From an uncultured Candidatus Saccharibacteria bacterium (GTDB lineage Bacteria > Patescibacteriota > Minisyncoccia > Portnoybacterales > UBA2143), in NCBI GenBank assembly GCA_964556655.1, contig CAZKWY010000007.1:1-34570 (forward strand): a DNA stretch of 34,570 nucleotides. The letters run 5' to 3'. The notes under the pieces are model-generated. The model worked only from the letters and a program-made list of their open reading frames with translations. It was not told the DNA's origin and ran no database searches. Numbering within the stretch: the first letter of the stretch is position 1; the number at the start of each line of letters is the position of its first letter. A program made the translations under genes and the position numbers. This document shows, piece after piece, positions 33,811 to 34,570 of this stretch.

Positions 33811-34433
33811 CTTGGAAAGTGCTTAACCTGTATTCGGGCATCGGGGGTAACCGTAAACTATGGACAGATGTGGATGTAACAGCAGTAGAGTTAGTTCCTG
33901 AGATAGCACAAGTTTACCAAGACTTCTTTCCAGAAGACGAAATTATAATAACAGATGCACATCAATTCCTATTAGAGAATTTCCAAGATTATGATTTTAT
34001 ATGGAGTTCGCCTCCATGCCCGACTCACTCACAAATAAGGTATAGATTAGGGGTGTTAAATGATTCAGCTGAACCTGTTTATCCAGATATGACTTTGTAT
34101 CAAGAGATAATATTTCTCCAATATCACGCTAAAGGAAAATGGGTTGTGGAAAACACTGAGCCATATTATGAACCACTAATAAAGCCACAAGTCTGTGGAA
34201 GGCATAGAGTGTGGACGAATTTCTTAGTTACTGAGTTTAAGGAAAGTGGTGCTGGAACTACAAGATGGGGGAGTTTACAGGACATGCAGAAGTTAAAGGG
34301 TTTTAACTTGGATAAATATAGTGGAGTAGATAAAAGAACAATGTTACGAAACTGTGTTAACCCAGAAACAGGTAAACATATATTGGATTGTGCTAGGGGT
34401 AATACTCAGAAAACCCTGTTTGAAGTATATTAG
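33807..34433 (+). CDS. short C5-cytosine DNA methyltransferase-like protein (paralog B)
   Basis: 208 aa. LYSGIGG, SSPPCPTHS, VVENT and ARGNTQ motifs. Clearly homologous to 235..843 over the full length. Confidence 0.55.
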   Translation: MTWKVLNLYSGIGGNRKLWTDVDVTAVELVPEIAQVYQDFFPEDEIIITDAHQFLLENFQDYDFIWSSPPCPTHSQIRYRLGVLNDSAEPVYPDMTLYQEIIFLQYHAKGKWVVENTEPYYEPLIKPQVCGRHRVWTNFLVTEFKESGAGTTRWGSLQDMQKLKGFNLDKYSGVDKRTMLRNCVNPETGKHILDCARGNTQKTLFEVY

Positions 34434-34446
34434 TTGTGATTAAACG

Positions 34447-34560
34447 ATGAGAGGAAAATGGATTATACTCGGAGCAATAGTATCCCTAATCACGGGAGAC
34501 GGTTTTTTCTTTATACTAGGCTTCCTATTCAGCGTCATGTTTGACGACGAGGAAACATAA
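34447..34560 (+). CDS. putative 37-aa TM peptide
   Basis: Not in the track. MRGKWIILGAIVSLITGDGFFFILGFLFSVMFDDEET. Small hydrophobic ORF after the MTase-like gene. Confidence 0.2.
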   Translation: MRGKWIILGAIVSLITGDGFFFILGFLFSVMFDDEET

Positions 34561-34570
34561 AGTTTTTATA

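Noticed and set aside
1-34570. CRISPR array, integrase/attachment site, rRNA
   Set aside because: No run of evenly spaced repeats of 24-40 nt was seen anywhere. No ORF shows tyrosine or serine recombinase motifs, and there are no rRNA-like conserved blocks.
1-34570. Exact inverted terminal repeats, suggested by the MTase-like genes at both ends in opposite orientation
   Set aside because: Similarity is confined to the coding regions and is mostly at the protein level. Only two short islands (21 nt and 26 nt) are identical, and flanking non-coding sequences differ. This looks like diverged paralogs rather than ITRs.

Overview
The window reads as a near-complete genome, or a large provirus segment, of a head-tailed archaeal virus with an HK97-type capsid. 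No rRNA, tRNA, CRISPR array, integrase or DNA polymerase could be supported from the sequence.

Most genes lie on the + strand in a conserved morphogenesis order. There is a large terminase at 3842-5428 and a portal at 6169-7698. Between portal and capsid genes sits an unmistakable transcription factor B (TFB/TFIIB) homolog at 7703-8593, with an N-terminal Zn ribbon and two cyclin-like repeats. TFB is restricted to archaea and eukaryotes, so this marks the host as archaeal. Downstream are an S78-like prohead protease with an acidic coiled-coil (scaffold-like) tail, a scaffold-like protein, a decoration-like protein and an encapsulin/HK97-fold major capsid protein at 13319-14212. The structural block continues with a GT2 glycosyltransferase and a GNAT acetyltransferase embedded among head and connector genes, then head-tail connector, head closure and tail completion genes. 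Tail genes follow, including a MuF-like domain protein, a short tape-measure-like protein and two large fibre-like proteins of 1103 aa and 376 aa. A candidate lysis pair comes next: a 3-TM membrane protein plus a transglutaminase-like cysteine peptidase.

The right third of the window (25.9-34.4 kb) is an AT-richer replication and DNA-modification region. It carries an RPA-like OB-fold protein, two HTH proteins, a beta-class N4/N6 DNA methyltransferase, a Dam-like N-terminal fragment, a calcineurin-like phosphoesterase, a MazG-like protein and many CxxC mini-proteins.

The left 3.7 kb and a 1.9 kb cassette at 10.4-12.2 kb run on the - strand. The two window ends carry divergent, inverted paralogs of a short C5-cytosine-methyltransferase-like gene that share islands of identical nucleotide sequence. 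Intergenic regions contain strand-asymmetric CCCTAA-like and GT-rich low-complexity tracts and short tandem repeats.

Shine-Dalgarno motifs (AAGGAG/GGAGGTGA), frequent TTG/GTG starts and ATGA/TAATG overlaps indicate tightly coupled operons. All functional calls rest on motif recognition by eye and gene order; no database search was run.
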